From contig NW_005434664.1 of the NCBI RefSeq assembly GCF_000315625.1, forward strand, positions 1,077,438 to 1,141,437: a DNA stretch of 64,000 bases, read 5' to 3'. Source of the stretch: Guillardia theta CCMP2712 (taxonomy: Eukaryota > Protista > Cryptophyta). Below, piece by piece: positions 37,835 through 50,486 of this stretch. Under the pieces are notes generated by a model. The model was not told where the DNA came from. It saw only the letters and a list, made by a program, of their open reading frames with translations, and did no database searches. The position numbers were made by a program, and so were the translations under genes. Numbering within the stretch: position 1 is the first letter of the stretch; every line of letters begins with the position of its first letter.

Positions 37835-38464
37835 TAATATCCCTTTGACTCTGACTCTCTATCTTTAACTCCCCGCCTGGCTTGACGTTTCCCTCTCTTC
37901 CCCTCTCTGCTCGTATCTTTGCCTCTCCCTACCTGCCTCCTTCCATTCACCTCCTCCTCACTCCCTCCCCATCGCTCTCTCTCTCTCTCGCTCTCTCGCT
38001 CTCTCCCTCTCTCCCTCCTTTCCTCTATCGGCGCATTTCAGTGCAACAGATCCTGAAAGAGACTTTTCACGATCCCCTCCTCCAACACCCTACCATGCAA
38101 TTTGAACCACCCCTACCCACTCCCTACGGACCCCACATATCTCTCTACCGCTGCTCAAACCAATTCTGATCAATACACACATAAAGGTACCACCCTACCC
38201 ATTAGATGTGTAAACCACCATCGACGACACAGACACCCGTTCATTTCTTCATTAACCCCACCCCCTCTCCACCCCACCCCCCTCATACCGCTAGATCAAG
38301 TCCGCCTATCCTTCATATGTTTTGGAAAGCAATTATCTAGTACCGAAGGTAAATACTATATTCTGTCTTTCTTTTCTCTTATATAAGTGATGAGGGCAGC
38401 TTGTCTTTGAAAAATGGAATAATCCTCAAAACCTGATCCGCCTCAAAGTTTTCCAGATCTCGAC

Positions 38465-41400
38465 ATGGCTAGTCTGACCGTACGAGTTGTGCGGCTGGTG
38501 ACGATGGCGATGGGGGGCGGCGGCATGGGCGGGAGACTGACGATGAGTGCGTGTGTGGTACCCAAGTCAGACCTACAGGCGGAACGTACGGCAAGGCTTT
38601 TCTCGAGAAGATCGGAAAGAAAGAATGCGATGGTGGTTGGCGGGATCTCAAATATGTTGAGGGAGAAATGCTCTAGGGTGGGGCTCATACTTCACGAACA
38701 AGAGGTCCGAGGGTACGCATCAGTTCGAGCATCCTGCGACTCTATCGTGGCATACGATGGTTGTGCCTGTGTTGTTTTGCAAGGCATGACAAGTGAGGCA
38801 GGGTTGCAGCGATTGAGAATCCTGAGAGGCGGGAAGGGGAAGGACGCATCAGATCAGCCGTCATCTGTGAGCATTCTTGCTTGCTTGACTGAGCTTATCA
38901 TTTGTTGAAGGAATCGAAACCAAGTGGACAAGAGATGCAGGAAGTGGAGAGGTCTCATGCCAGCTCGATCGGCTGGATGCTAAACGGAATGCAGGCTGCT
39001 GCAGGAGTATGAAGCGATCAAAGAGCGATGGATGGTTGGTGCTTACATAATCTTTCTTGTGATGTGCTAGATCGTGTCAACTCATGTCACTCTTCTCGCC
39101 CCTTCAAGCTGGTGAGCGCATCTTCAGGTTCCAAGCGGCGATGAGGCCGAGGAGAACCAGGACTCGTCAGACATGGAAGAAGCTCAACAGTTTGTGCAAG
39201 AGAGTCATGTGAGCTTTCTCATGCTTCTTGCTTTTCCTCAACTTGCTTGGCGGATCAGACGTTGGACGCTCGTCTGAACAAGGAGTTGAAAGATACTGTT
39301 ACTGAGTTACAGGACATCGGTGAGCATCTTATGAATGACGCTGTCTTATGTGACACTTATTCGTGATAGTCACGAAAGAGCAGAGATTAGATGAGGAGCT
39401 CAGGAGGTAGCTTTAGATGTGCATAATGTTCTTGTTTGTCATCCTTCTGCTGAACTGCATAGGTTTGAGGATTTTGAGCTTCAAAACAAACGGGTGAGCA
39501 TCAGATTCTATTTTTGTACACGGGATTTGATTGTTCCAGATAGGAGACAAATGTTCCTAGTGTCTTGATGGATTCAGATTCATCTCATGAAACAGACAAA
39601 TCTCGGTTGCCTTGAGCTTAAACTATCAAAGGAAATTAAGTGTTTCCAGGCCAAAAGATGTTACAAGGAGTCAAGATCACCCACCTAGGTATATCCAGTT
39701 GCTTCTTGTATTGACAACTCCCGTTGACTCTGTTCCATGACTTTGAAAGATCGTCATCTCCTTCTCCTTCCCCTTCCCGCAATAAAGTGGTGCTATGCAG
39801 CTCTCTCGATTGCGACGGCTAACCGTTCTTTGTAGCATAAATCTGTCTTCTCGAGGTTGAATGGTTTTGAAATGTTGGCTTGATTTTGAGAAACCCCATC
39901 AGTTCGTCCGAAGAAGAGATCAGAATGCAGAAAATGATGAAGGTAGCTTCTCAAATATTTTGCTACAGGATCCTCACACACGACAGAACTTGAAGTTATG
40001 GCAAGAGCGGATGAAAGCTGCATACGGAGACAGGTGAATCTTTTGAATTCATGAACAAAGACTCACAAAAATCACATCAATCTCTATTTGACATTCTCTA
40101 TAAGCTCGTCGACCTCAGAGAGCGAAAGCTGGAATATGCCTTACAACATAGACTCGTCGGCCATGGCCTTTCACAAGTTCAGACCACCACAGCTGTGGCA
40201 ACGGAGGAATTTCACCACCTCGCGTGCTCCCCCTGAAGCTTCGAAGGCCCAGAAGGGTGGGAGCAATTTGATGGGGTTTACATGAGTGACCATATGGGTG
40301 TAGACGAAGACGTTTTTGACAGCGTGTCCCTCAGAGTTGACAACACAAAATCATTGAACATCGGTGAACTCTTCGAACAATGCCGAGACAACCCCTCCTT
40401 GATCCTTTGGCCTGTTGTAGGATTCGTGGAAAAATCCACAATTGCCAAGAAAGAAATCACCAGGATTGAGATGATTGGGTTTGACGCGAAGTAGATCTCT
40501 CAGCACCATTGAAGGGAAGAGCTAAGGTCTGGTGCTTTTCATGCAGGCATCCACGGGACCTGATCACTTCTCTAACGGATTCTCGAAAGGTTGTCTCCGT
40601 GCTCGCTGTGCTCTCTGACTGGTAGCAGGCGGCAGAGAAGCAGCTGACGGACTTGACTGGGTTGAGTCTTTGGAGTGTGACCTTCACCTTGGGCACTCTC
40701 CTGCTGGAGAACAAAAGAATCCTCAAGGGCAAGAATGTCAGAGCCGGGTAGTCGCATCTCCTCAGAGCTGACGAGCTCAAACCCGCAGGTTCTTGAATTG
40801 GGCTGTGGGACGGGCATGTTGGGCTTGAGCGCTGCAGCGTGTAGAGCAAAATCTGTGGGGATAGATTCCAATCGATACCTTGATATTGAAGGTGGTGCAG
40901 GTTTTGTTGACCGACAGGTCAGATCATGTCTTGCGCGTTGTGCAGGAGAACATCAAACGGAATGCGGAGGCACGTGCTTGTGCCTGTCGCTCGTTTCCCC
41001 CTGATGGTACGGCAGGTGCTTGCAGGGTGCGATGTGGAAACAAGGCATCTCGAGCTAAAGCTTGATTCGAACCAAGGTACTTGATCATGCCAGTCCGAAG
41101 GTTATCTCATGATCAACAGACGCTGCGACGAATACTTTCGATGTCATCCTAGGCAGTGAACTGATTCACTTCGGACTGGATAGAAGGCACAAGTTGAACA
41201 CAGATGAAGGGGAAAACCTAACAAGCAGCCGATTCGACGCAATTTTCTCGACAGCCTCGCAGTACTTGTGCGTCTCCAAGGTGACAGGGATGCAGCACTC
41301 AACCTTGGTGGACAGGTCGGAATCAGGTTTCATCCTGCTCTCTTTCAAGATCAATCCCAACTACATTCATACCATCTCGGGACCACAGTTTCCAACTGGA

Positions 41401-41514
41401 TGGAATTACCGTCAAGGATACATCGACGAAGTCACTGGAAGCGGCAAGAGGTTCAAGAGCCCTCTTGATATCCATATTCTGATCAGATATGCAGGTACGG
41501 TTTGTCGGCGGTGA
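38465..41514 (+). CDS. Multi-exon protein with a C-terminal family-16 (METTL21/EEF1AKMT-like) SAM-dependent methyltransferase; 5' part uncertain
   Basis: DLTGLSLW..., VLELGCGTGMLGLSAA (motif I), VLLTD, VVQENIKRN, FDVILGSELI (motif II). Confidence 0.75.
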
Positions 41515-41993
41515 AGGTACCTGCAACCGACAGCGTTTTCTTAAGGGCTCCTGTCCTTCTGACTTTTTGACAGTTGATCCCCTTGTCTGTCCTTTTCAAC
41601 GAGGATCGCGAGGAACTGATGGGCAAGAAGAATGTATGATACATCATGTGCTGTCACAGTCGTGCATGCGATTCTAACTTGTTCGACCAGTTGAAAGATT
41701 TTCTGTGCGTCGTTGCCGCTCGTTCCCAGAAGGCTCTGAGTTCTGCTTTGCACCAGTTTCCTATGGAACCGTTGGAATGAATGATAAGTTATAGACGGTA
41801 CGGTAGAGTCCATCATTTGAATCATCATGCTGTAGACTGGGTCGACTCGGAGGAGAGGCTTGCTGTCACACAGGGCCATACGGCGACAAGCCTGAGATAC
41901 TAGTTTGCCCGCGGCCCGTGCCGGGTGCCGGGCGCGGCCCGGGCGCCCTCTACGGTGACTCAGGGATTTGAGTAAAAAATGTGACACGTGAGC

Positions 41994-42036
41994 CTTTACT
42001 CAAAGTTAAGTTAAAATCAGTACGAAGACAATCAGG
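41994..42036 (+). repeat. Dispersed intergenic element copy (extended)
   Basis: ctttactcaaagttaagttaaaatcagtacgaagacaatcagg, with an inverted half-copy tttgagtaaa at 41967-41976. Confidence 0.9.
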
Positions 42037-43609
42037 CGGCGAGGTTTGGCGGGGCAGTTTACTGATCGTCCTCGGCGTGAGTGCCCGGGCCTTGCGGGTA
42101 TCGGCGCATGGGGTACGACGAGGAGCTAAAGTCAAGTTTAGGCCGTCACGGGAGGGGGGAGATGGGGGGGGCTCTTGAGAGCAGAATCAGTACCAATATG
42201 GTTTTAGTCAACAGTGCATGTGTAAGCTGTGGCAGCATGACTCGGACACCACCCCCGTTGAGGTGGACTGTAAGGGGTTGTCTCTCTGAGGGGTACATGA
42301 TGTCATGGCGAGTCAGCGATCATCGTATCCCCCCACCACATCGCATCTTGAGATCTGTCGCCCTTAAAATATCCGAGCCACCCTCAGAGTCTCATTTCCG
42401 ACTGCCTACGGAGTGGATGACGGGGTTCACCCATGGAGGGGTGCATTTCCTGTTAACTAGAGGGGTGGATGACTTAAGGGGGTCATGGATCAATCTGGCC
42501 ATGTAACCTCGCTTCTGCCTTGCTGACAAACCTTGTGACCAGAAATTGTCACGGGAGAGCCGCCAGTAAAATATGATGATGGAGGATAGTAGGGATGGTG
42601 GTCCACGTGAGCGGTTCGTGAGACGTGCGTGAGACGATTCGGTTTGTGGCCGTCTAACTGGGGGGAGGTTTTGCCTGCGTGACCTCATCGTAGTACCAGG
42701 AGAACGCAGGGGTTGTCTTAAGTAAGCTATCGATGACTCGAAACCAGCTCTGTTTGCCTCGCACCCCCAGCCCCCCGATCGGGCACTCACCCCGGAGTTT
42801 GGCTGGCCAAGTCCTGTCAGGTTCGACCATAAACGAACGTCTTTTCGTGCAAAAAGGGCTCTCTACTCCGAAAGTCCGTTCGCCTGGTGAGTACCCCCTG
42901 TTCCCTATACCATCAATTAGGCAATCACCCCACCCCATGAAATACCTCCTTTCCACATCCCCACTCATACCCACTCAAGTGTCGACATTTGTCATCCCTC
43001 CTCACCCATGCCCAGGATCTCACTACCCTGTATTTTCAGCCATTTCCCACACACCGGTCATTCCTATTTGAAGGCGCACGGAAGCCTTATTGCAGGGGGG
43101 GGGGGTCTTTAGCTGACATGTGTAGTAAAGTATCACGCTTCCGGTTCTCCGGAGCAGTGTGATTTGCTCCGAAATGATGACCAGTGGATATCGAATCACA
43201 GCGATTGGTAGCGCGAAATTATTTCTCGAATCTTCTTTGTCAGGCAAATATCCCTGCCATCCAACTCCGAGCCAGAGCCCTGCCTACCACCATGACTTAG
43301 AGGCAGGGCATGTGCATAGCTATTTGAGCCTAGTGCTGTATATATAAGATATCTCATCATGGAATACATAGGTAGCAGCGTTTTCTGTCACTCAACAATT
43401 CCAAGCCCCCTAAACAGTACCCTACCCACCCTTTCCCAGAACCACCCCACACATGTTCATGTCAGACTCCTTGCACCCCTCTAAACCCGCTGTCGACCTT
43501 CACAAGTTCTTGTCATCCTCACCTCGTCCTCTGGCACATCCTTCGTCTGTCTTGTAGCACCTTGGACCTCACCCTTGCCATCCTTCCTCTCTGACAGCTT
43601 GCTTTTGCA

Positions 43610-44504
43610 ATGGCCAATCCTCTCTTACCGACCTTTCCTCTGTTCATTCCGCAACAGCCTATCCTCTTTCCAGTCGCACCAAAACCAACCAACACGATCC
43701 CTACACCGGTGCTCCTGGCGCTTTTGGAGAACATGAAAAACATGAACACACTCCTCAGCATGTCAAACATGCGGCAACCGGTCAATACTTTTACCCAATT
43801 TCAACCAATTCCTGAAACAAGACCGATGGAGACCGAACAATCGTCAGAACCCAGCACTGAAATGTGTTCTGAGCACAATTCAGATGAAGAAGTTGAGGAC
43901 AAGCAAGTGACCAAGTCTGATTCAGTTTCAGTGAAAGTTCAAGTACGAAATTCCAGGACGACAGCCAGATCTGAGCCTATTGAGATTACTTATGAGCAAC
44001 TTGCGAAACACTTCCATCGCAGCCTGGAATCAGCTGCATCCAGCATTGTAAGCTCCTATATACACATTGTATTTTGCTCACATGTTGTCCAGGGAATCGG
44101 AAAATCTACCATGAAAGTTGTTTGTCGACGATTGGGCATCAAGAAATGGCCCTACACCCATAAGGGCCAGAGGCGCAGGAGACCCTCCAAGAAGATTCAG
44201 GCCTCGGTAAGTCTCCTGCACTTGGGTTGGAATGCGTGTTGCTCACGTCGTCTTGCAGCAGTCCGAATCAGCACCTGCCTCCAGTGATCGCAGCTGGTTG
44301 TCGGAAATGGGAGATTGCGCAAAGCCGCTGGTACAGAAAGCGGAGGAGGAATCTTCTGATAGCGAGTCAAGCAAAGACCCAAAGGAAAGCACTTCGTCAC
44401 AAGAAGCAGCCCTCAATCCCAACCTTCTGTCTGCCAGTGAGTGGGCGTTTCTTGCAACCTGTGCATCCCCGAAGGCGAGTGCTACTGCTGCCTCTCAGAA
44501 CTAA
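43610..44504 (+). CDS. RWP-RK domain transcription factor (3 exons)
   Basis: ITYEQLAKHFHRSLESAASSI|GIGKSTMKVVCRRLGIKKWPYTHK matches the RWP-RK consensus. Confidence 0.9.
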
Positions 44505-44769
44505 ATGTTCATCTTAATTTTCTACCGTGGCTGTAGTCGAAGTCTTGGTCCAATGCTTTAAGATGCTCGTCTGTGGCGGTGTTTTGTTCTGTAAATTATC
44601 TGCTTAATTTTACCTGTCAGTGAAATGTGAAATCATTGCTTCACTGCAGTGAATCATCTCCAGTCACTTGTCTCGATCGCTCGAGGACAGACAGTCACTA
44701 CGAAAGTGACTCGGAACGGAACTGCCAGAAATCTTGACCTGTACACGGACTCTGAGTGCAAAGTACAAG

Positions 44770-45072
44770 TTTACTCAAAGTTAAGTTAAAGATCAGAGTA
44801 GTTCTGCTAGTGATTGCGAAAAGATGAGAGGGGATCCGATGAGACTCGTGGCAGATCCCGCCGAACACAAACTTGATGAGAGGCCCAGTGATCTGACTCG
44901 GAAGAAGCCCAGGCCACTGACTCGCGGCAGTTCTTGTGCGAGTCGGGCGGCCCGGCCTGGCGGCGTCACCGTCAGTGACCGGGGACTGAGAGCGGCTGAG
45001 CGGCCCTCCGAGTGCTAGCCAGCTCAGGCCCTACTGATGTTTACTCAAACGGTTAAGTTAAAAAATCAGCTA
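44770..45072 (+). repeat. Two direct copies of the dispersed element (44770-44800, 45040-45072) flanking a GC-rich patch
   Basis: tttactcaaagttaagttaaagatcag[ag]ta and tttactcaaa[cg]gttaagttaaaaaatcag[c]ta. Confidence 0.85.
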
Positions 45073-45209
45073 TCTAGTAGGCTTTTTTTAAGAAATCGGA
45101 TTGACAAGGCCTTTCAAACTCGCCCGGCTCTCTGCCCCCCCAGATTGTCCGTCTGTTCGTCGCTGCAGCGTGGCGGGCTAGTAGTCGGATCCGAGCTTGG
45201 CAAGCAGCA

Positions 45210-47295
45210 ATGGCGAGGTGTGATAGTCTCCGGCTCACTCTCACCGACATCTTACATCTTGATTCGACTGATGATGTGCTTGAGAGCTCCACTCCATAAC
45301 AGACTTGAGTCTTTTAGGGCTGCTGTATCAAGGCTGTGCTATCGGCCAGCCTACATATTTGCTCCTCCTCTCGCTGTACTCGTCTTCTCACTGTTATGTT
45401 TGCTTCTGTGCTGTTCACTTGTTGCATCCTCATCTTTTGGAGATTTATCAGTCTCATGTCGGTATCCCATGAGTAAGGGCCACGATCGCAAAAGGCCGCT
45501 ACATCTTCACTCATTTGCCGCTGTTTGCGCATCTTGCCCTGCATCACTTGCGGTTGCAGTGCTGGTTGACACATAAGGCAGCTCCGCCATTTTTCACTAC
45601 CCGAACGAAGACTCCATGTTTACGATCAAAGTGGCAAACCTTCAGGACAATGGTTTCATGACATAACAAACTTTGGCTACCTTCTGAGCGATCAAAACTT
45701 CGCAGATGAGAACGAGGAAGGCTCAGGGGTCGGAAACCAGAGAGTGCATTTGGTAACCTTGCCCAGCGTAAAATCGGTTATAGCCCATGACATTTCTCCT
45801 TTAGCAGAACTTGGATGACATGCAGAATGTCAACAAGAGAAATGCAACTTTGGACGCCCTCAAGGCAAGCAAGCGCCTCTTAAGATGCGAGCAAATTCCT
45901 CAACTATTTCTCAGTCGGAAAAGGATCTTGTGATGATTGAGAATGAAGCGCTACACAAGCGGTGATGTCTTTCAGGACAACTGAAATTTGACTTGATTCG
46001 CTTCCCAGTATAGTTGCACTATCACTTGAGCTGAAGGCAAAGGATGACAATATAGATAAGCTCACCACCGTGATACATGCGATACAGGTGAGGCATTCTT
46101 CGGATCCCTCCCCCTGTTCCTGACAGGCTGATGCTATCTAGGCAAAGAACGCAGAAAACACGGAAAAGCTGTCTGAGCTGAGCAACGCAGAGATGTGAGG
46201 GAAAGGGAAATGCGGATGATTTTTTTGGATTGTAATCATCAACATCCTTAGCTGCCAACTCCGACGATCGCTTGCAGAAAACGAGGAAAGTCTGTGCAAG
46301 GTTTCTGCCAAAACCTGATGTTCAGTTCGTTCTCACATTGCCCCTTCTTAGTGCTCGTCCTTACTGGCCGCCAGCGAGGTTGAAAATTCAAGCTTACAAC
46401 AAAAAGTGGATCAATACAAGCAGAGAGCAGGAAATCTCTGGGAGAGTTAATTTTCAGCAACTGACTAACATCTATAGATTTCTTTGAAACACTTCACACA
46501 GAGGACGAGAAGAAGATTGACATTCTACAAGCTCAGGTCAGCTGGTCCTCTGTTTCCTCTCCCTCACACGAGAGAGGTCAGTGTGCCAAGTACATGTCAG
46601 ACTCTAGCGCTTTCCGCCTTGAGGTGAAGGTTGAGGGGGAGATGGATATGAATGACATATCTGCAGCTGGACAGAGTGCTTGCGCGATATGCGCCGCTGG
46701 TAAGAACGCAAGGCAGCTGGTGCTGTTGATGTCTGACCCCGGTGTCGCCACCTGTTACAGCATGTCGAATTGAAGAATATGAAAGAAGCCTATGCGAAGT
46801 AAGTTGCTTGTCACTGTCATCTCCCCCAAAGCTACCCCTCCTCCTCCTGCTTTCTTGCCTCGTCCCAGCTTCTACTTCTTGTCTTCTCCAGCGCGCCTTC
46901 TTCTCCTTCACACCACTCTCTGTTTACCCTCTTTCTCATCAACTTTCACCTTCGCCGCCCCCCTCTCACTCGTCGTACTTGAAGGTCAAGAGAAACGAAC
47001 AAGCAGCTAGAGGACAAGCTGCAAAAGCTGTCGGAACAGATCTCTGATTACTGCCAAGGGAAGTCCGTGAATGTTGAGGAGGAGAAGCAGAGAGCGAGGG
47101 AGGAGAGAACACAGAACAAGAACCACACAGAGAACAAAGAGGCCTTTGACATGGGAGAAGATCCTGCCAAGAAGGACGAGCAAGACCCACAAAAACATCA
47201 AGAAGAGTCTGGGGAATGAAGAGACGAGAACAAGCCCACAGAGAGCAGAAAGAGCAGAACGAAGACCAAGTCACCATTTCACCTCATTTGTTGAA
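45210..47295 (+). CDS. Multi-exon coiled-coil hypothetical protein (boundaries approximate)
   Basis: Many short exons rich in E/K/Q/L heptads (SEKDLVMIENEALHKR, RIEEYERSLCE, VKRNEQAARGQ). Confidence 0.45.
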
Positions 47296-47377
47296 CAAGC
47301 ACATCACTATCTTTGGTGCACTTGGAGGAGCTCGTTAGGATATCTCAACCATGTCAGACGGTTCATATGTTTTGACT

Positions 47378-48065
47378 TCATTCCTGCAACGATAAATCAT
47401 CGTCCTGAATTGCCTTGCCATCCTTGAGAGAATGCAAATTGGAGTCCAGCAGCTTGTACATGACGATTTGATCTTGTTCAGACATGTCTTCTCGTCCGAT
47501 CCGCTTGTACCACTGAGAGTACATCAAGAAGGCACAGACCCTTCGAGTTTTACCGTCACATCCCGAGTTTGCTGTTGGAATCCCAGCCGCTGTCTTGACA
47601 TTAGAGGAGAAATTTGACAGCAAGAGAACCTTGTAGAAGTTGATGGCATTCACGTTGGCAACGTCCACATGCAGGAAGATCACGGAATGTCCCTGAACTT
47701 GGACATGAGGACAGGCACAGGAGAAACAGAGAAAGTCAGGAGGGACGGGGAAAAGGACTGTGGGGGGGGGGGGCAAAGTGACAAGGGCAGAGAGAGGAGA
47801 AACGGCAAAAGAAGTGCGAGGGAGGCGAACACATAACAAACCCATTCGATACTGAGCTCCTCGCACCATCGCACGAGCGCCTTTCCGATCCCCTCCATCC
47901 GATACTTCTCCATAACCGCAAGATTTGACAGATAAGGAGCAGAGAGCGACAAGCCAAGCCCTTCTGCGAGAAAGTTAGTTTCCCTGATGCGTTTCGTATT
48001 CCTCCTCCCCGTGGCGCCTCCCAATCCTCTCCCTCCTCCAACTCTTCTCCTTCCCTCCTTCTCCT

Positions 48066-48099
<34 letters not shown>

Positions 48100-49312
48100 A
48101 TCCTGCTGCTGCTGCTGATCCTGCTCATAAATTCTTTCTAGCATACGAGATCTCACCGAGCACATCCTTATCAATAGGACATGGCGCAACACAGAGCTCC
48201 GTCATCCCAATTGCATTTCCTGCAGCCGGACAACTGAGCGGAGGATGGAAAAGGAACGAGAGGAAACCATTGGAAAGACTGGCGACCAAGAGAGCATAGC
48301 GATATTCGCTTATCGGCGGTTCAAATGAGGAAGCAATTTCCGGCCACTGTAAGATACCTCAGGAGCGAGCAAGTGGGGGGCGGGGAAGAGGGAAGGGGTG
48401 AGGGGGAGAGGGGGAGAGGGGGAGAGGGGGAGAGGGGGAGAGGGGGAGAGGGGGAGAGGGGGTTAGGGAGGGAGGAAGGGGAAGATGGAGGGGGAGGGGA
48501 AGGGAGGGAGAAAGAGCTTGCCTTATAGAATCTGTTGTAGAACTGAGCTTGGAGGTCCCAGACGATGAGGGTATGTTTGACGTTCTGGAGGATCGAGAAC
48601 CTGCAGGACCTTCGTTATGATCGTGTCATGGCTGTCACAATCAGATTTCACCATGCTCCGCGAGGATGAAACACGTCTGTCGATAGAGTCGCAAGTAGTC
48701 CGAGCTCGTGCGGTCTGCTCCTCACTCATGTCGCGGCGCAAGCAAAGACCTAGCCTCACCTTCCCCTTCTGAGGACGAACGAAGTCTTGCTGTCAGTCTG
48801 TGCCTGCTGTAATGGTCTCACCGTACGGCAGACTATCGCACAATCTGATCTCACGCTCATTCGACACTGTGAAATGCTGACGGATACAAGTCAAGGAGGA
48901 GGTCGCACAGAAAGAGAATAATCCACCTCGCTGGTTTTCTCTCTTCGTTTCTTCTCCGACCATGTCGCACCTGAAGGATCCTGTCCTGTACAATTCGAGT
49001 AGATTTCCCACTGCCTTGGCCCATGCAGACGGCAACAGGACAGCCGCGCAGGAAAGTTGTTGGGGAACACAGCAATGCCGGCTGATGGACGAAGCAAGAG
49101 GAGGCGATGGAGGAGGAGGCGATGGAGGAGGAGGCGATGGAGGAGGAGGCGATGGAGGAGGAGGCGATGGAGGAGGAGGCGATGGAGGAGGAGGCGATGG
49201 AGGAGGAGGCATGCATAGAATGTAAGTCTGTCTGCATGATGAAACAGGAGCTCATCGACGCGCCATACAAGGCAGTCAAGAGCCCAACCGCCCTTGCTCC
49301 TCGCGCCACCAT
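47378..49312 (-). CDS. Plastid-targeted GNAT N-acetyltransferase
   Basis: PYLSNLAVMEKYRMEGIGKALVRWCE (motif A) and IFLHVDVANVNAINFYK.LGF (motif B). Leader MVARGARAVGLLTALYGASMSSC-F followed by a Ser-rich transit-like (ASSSI)7 repeat. Confidence 0.8.
49106..49210. repeat. 15-bp tandem repeat x7
   Basis: Unit gatggaggaggaggc. Confidence 0.95.
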
Positions 49313-49350
49313 CGATCGACAATGAAATTGTATACCCCGGGAGATCATCA

Positions 49351-49375
49351 AGTTTAGTTCAGCCTGAACTAAACT
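49351..49375. promoter_or_regulatory. Perfect 12-bp inverted repeat just upstream of the GNAT start codon
   Basis: agtttagttcag-c-ctgaactaaact. A regulatory role is inferred from position only. Confidence 0.4.
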
Positions 49376-50486
49376 GTGGGCCTAGTGGCATCTCGCCGGC
49401 CGGGCAGGCCTCGGATCTTTCTGACTTCGCAGACAGTTGCGCGTTGACCCACGCAAGAAATGCGATTACGAGGCTTCCACAAGGGGCATCCAAGTAGGCA
49501 TATTTATCAATAGAAATAGAGGAGATAATGGAGTACATTCCTATTTGAAGATTCCAGAATGGGGGAGGTGGAGTGTTCACACTTAAGGGGCATTGGGGTG
49601 CAAGTCTGAGAAGGGGTAGGTACCATTGTAGTACCCCATGGGGGGCCTGAGGGTAGAAATGAGGAAATGATTAATGCTATACCGTAAAATACTAATTATC
49701 TACATATAAAAACATAGATGTTTGAGACTAAGAAATTACCTTGTGACGCAAAGATTTAACATGGTGCTTTGGGGGGGTGGTGAGATGGACTGGTGGACAG
49801 GGGCTAGGGTCAGGGTTGTAAAGGACTGTGGGTCAACGTTCTAGATACCCAAAGCGAACATGCGAGAACTGCGGCGCGGGGACAGGGGGAGAACGAAGAC
49901 GAGGATTGAGCGGAGAGGGAGAGGGAGAGGGAGAGGGAGAGAAACAAGATAGATTGATCTTGTGAGAGCAAGAACCAGATAAAAATGCATCTTTAAATGT
50001 TTAGTGATGCGGTCAATCCAGGGATGGGATTGGAATAGGCAGGGGTAGCAGAATAGGGTGGTCACGACATCTTGCTGAAGACGTCAAGAAATAATAAGTC
50101 AAGAAAAAGAATGTGTTACTCAAAAGACCAGCGATTCATGTCTTGCTAAGGCTCGTGTAGTTACACTGCCAGGAATGTTGGTCGACGAATCGAAGATGTA
50201 AAGTGTCATGTCATGATAGGGTGTGAGGTCAAATACAAGTGACAATCATTCAAGCATAGCAAAACAATAAGAGAACAAAGCAGCTGCTTTCATTTAGGCC
50301 AGTTTTGCAAAATGAGACCAAGCATTGCCATAGTATCAAAGGGGGTAGATGAAGTTTGAAAACAATTTTATCCAACTGTGCTCCTGAACGCTTCAAACTG
50401 TAGTAGGTATTCGGCTATAACCCAACGTAATTGATTTCACCGAACTCACAATCCATTGTTTTCATTTCTTATTACCTATGCTACAG

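Noticed and set aside
41541-41987. Separate small minus-strand gene
   Set aside because: Possible, but there is no recognisable motif and the exon structure could not be established.
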